From Octopus bimaculoides (taxonomy: Eukaryota): a DNA stretch of 34,808 nt. A program made the position numbers and the translations under genes. Numbering within the stretch: position 1 is the first letter of the stretch; each line of letters starts with the position of its first letter. Location of the stretch: positions 6,582,429 to 6,617,236 of the forward strand of contig NC_068983.1 of the NCBI RefSeq assembly GCF_001194135.2, in the 5' to 3' direction. The notes beneath the pieces were generated by a model that saw nothing but the letters and a program-made list of their open reading frames with translations, did no database searches and was not told where the DNA came from. Of this stretch, positions 32,863-34,808 are shown piece by piece.

Positions 32863-33836
32863 AACATTAAACAAGATGAGGACAAATATCCGTCAAATGT
32901 AAATAATGTACATAATTCCTAATCTCTTAAATATAGAACTGCATTACATTAATATATGTTTGTGTAAAATTTCGGTGTACACATCTGAAACAATATTGTA
33001 TTAAAATAGCTATATTGTATCATGATTAACATATATACACTATTGACAGACATAATACTGTGGTTTTAGTCCGACAGAAAATTAGAAAAATCTCTCTGTA
33101 AACTTACTGTTAAAAGCACAATGGATACATCGGGGCGAAACGAGAATATTTTTGGGCCTTGTAATGACATATACTGGGTAGCCATTTGCTTACCGAAATC
33201 TATTTAAGCATGTGAATACAGCATGTCTACGATTAGATTTTCTCTCGGACGAAAACCACAGCATCCTGTTTTCAAAAGTGTATATACGTTAAGTTTGATA
33301 GAGGAATGGCTATTTTATATGCGTGTGCGTTTGTATGTATGTATGTATGTATATGAGTGGATGCGTGTATATATACATGCACATATATGTACACATATAC
33401 ATGCATATGTGTGTGTGTCTATACAGATATATTGGCACACTCACACAGACACATTATATACACACACATATATACATGCATTGATGATGATGATGATGAT
33501 TATTATTATTATTATAGGATGATAATTATGGGGGTTTCATGCATCCGCTTAAGATCTCGTCCGAAATAGTCCGCGTGTTTTATTTTCAGGGGGAATAACT
33601 CTCTAGATTTTCTTTAAGTTTTAATTGGTTGTTTCCCTTGCATCTATTGCAAAAAAATACTAATAAATTTAAGACCTCCCCACTACAATTCTCTCCCTCT
33701 GTCTGACTTTGTTTATCTGTCGTCTCCTTCTCTCTCTCCCTCCCTCCATTATATATATATATGCTTATTTAGGCACTAAACCAGCAATTTTTTAAGGTAG
33801 GGGAGTTTATTCAATTACATCGACACCAGAGACATG

Positions 33837-34001
33837 ACTAGGATGTATTTGATCAGATAAAACGCTTAAATAGTCTTGACTATTAATTCTGCCATGAACG
33901 GAAACCATTGGGCCGGCAGATTTCTAAGATATAGCCCCGCCCCCAGATCATCACAGATCTTCCTCTGAGTCAAATGCGCGATGACAACAGAGCGAAATCC
34001 A
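33837..34001 (+). repeat. 165-bp near-exact duplicate of 32256-32420
   Basis: By-eye alignment shows one mismatch (ATTTCCAAG versus ATTTCTAAG). It interrupts a SINE B fragment starting at about 33768. Confidence 0.9.
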
Positions 34002-34067
34002 GAACTCAGGAGGGATACCACTTGAAGTTGATTTATAATAGTAATAATAATAATGATAGTAACAACA

Positions 34068-34270
34068 ATCCTTTCTAATATAGGCACAAGGCCTGAAATT
34101 TGGGGATGGGGGCTAGTAGATTACATTTCACCGGTACTTAATTTATCGACCCCGAAAGGATGAAAGGCAAAGTCGACTTCGGCGGAGTTTGAACTCAGAG
34201 CGTAGCAGCAGATGAAATAACGGTAAGCATTTCGCTCGGCGTGCTAACGATTCTGCCAGCTCACCGCCTT
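34068..34270 (-). mobile_element. SINE family B
   Basis: Same modules as 29184-29396, with a short internal deletion. Confidence 0.9.
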
Positions 34271-34279
34271 ATTGTCATT

Positions 34280-34359
<80 letters not shown>

Positions 34360-34366
34360 TGATGAT

Positions 34367-34526
34367 GATGCAGTACTCAGCAGTAGCTCTGATGACTTCA
34401 GATCTTAATTGATCGGAAGTGTTTTCGTTTACATTGTTTTGTCTTGGTATAAAAAGATGGGCTGCAGCAAATATTCTGCTCAATACCACAGATTTGCTTG
34501 TCATTTGTTTGACCTTAACCAGTTGC
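34367..34526 (-). mobile_element. Element F, partial copy
   Basis: Matches 7973-8135; abuts a long (AAT)n/(GAT)n tract. Confidence 0.75.
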
Positions 34527-34746
34527 TGTTTCCCCCCATTTTTTTTTTCTTTTTATCACAGTTTTAAATACGGACAGTCCGAATTTTTTGCTTAAATCCC
34601 AGCAATAAGACTATGTATTGTGGGGGAGAAAAATATTGAAAAGACATCGATACATGTCAGAATGACAAAGAAAGTAGGAAGGGTATCTGGTGGTCATAAA
34701 ATGTGTTAAAAATAACAGCTAAATCAACCTTAAATTACAATTTTTT

Positions 34747-34808
34747 TATAGGTGTGGCTGTGTGGTTAGAAGCTTGCTTTCCAACCACGTGGTTCCGGGT
34801 TCAGCCCC
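34747..34808 (+). mobile_element. SINE family A head (runs off window)
   Basis: ATAGGTGTGGCTGTGTGGTTAGAAGCTTGCTTTCCAACCACGTGGTTCCGGGTTCAG. Confidence 0.85.

Larger units (their letters stand above)
32494..32910. mobile_element. Fold-back element: 127-bp inverted Penelope-LTR-like arms around a tRNA-like core
   Basis: Arms 32494-32620 and 32784-32910 are reverse complements with few mismatches; spacer is (TAT)n, tRNA-like 32650-32722 (-), then (AAT)n. Confidence 0.85.

Noticed and set aside
33515-33575. GGATGA..TCGTCC-GAAA-TAGTC resembling an HHR 3' half
   Set aside because: No CUGANGA upstream of the stem.

Overview
AT-rich, microsatellite-dense eukaryotic non-coding DNA with about 5 kb in 12 assembly gaps. 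The SINE repertoire suggests an octopod cephalopod (inference, not database-checked). No intact protein-coding gene is recognisable. Most long ORFs in the track are artefacts of N-runs or microsatellites. Contents: (i) more than 30 copies or fragments of modular tRNA-derived SINEs; (ii) decayed coding fragments of an R4/Dong-type LINE (RLE domain), a Penelope-like RT, a maT/DD37D, a mariner and a Tc1 transposase; (iii) piggyBac- and hAT-type MITE ends; (iv) a truncated tRNA-Glu; (v) a perfect 52-bp TTAGGG palindrome. The most notable signal is six minimal type-I hammerhead ribozyme (HHR) motifs, four with an intact catalytic core. Two of them form the 127-bp inverted arms of a fold-back element at 32494-32910 whose centre is a tRNA-like Pol III promoter. 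This is a candidate tRNA-head plus Penelope-ribozyme non-autonomous retroelement. A few phase-compatible micro-exon candidates on + are noted at low confidence.
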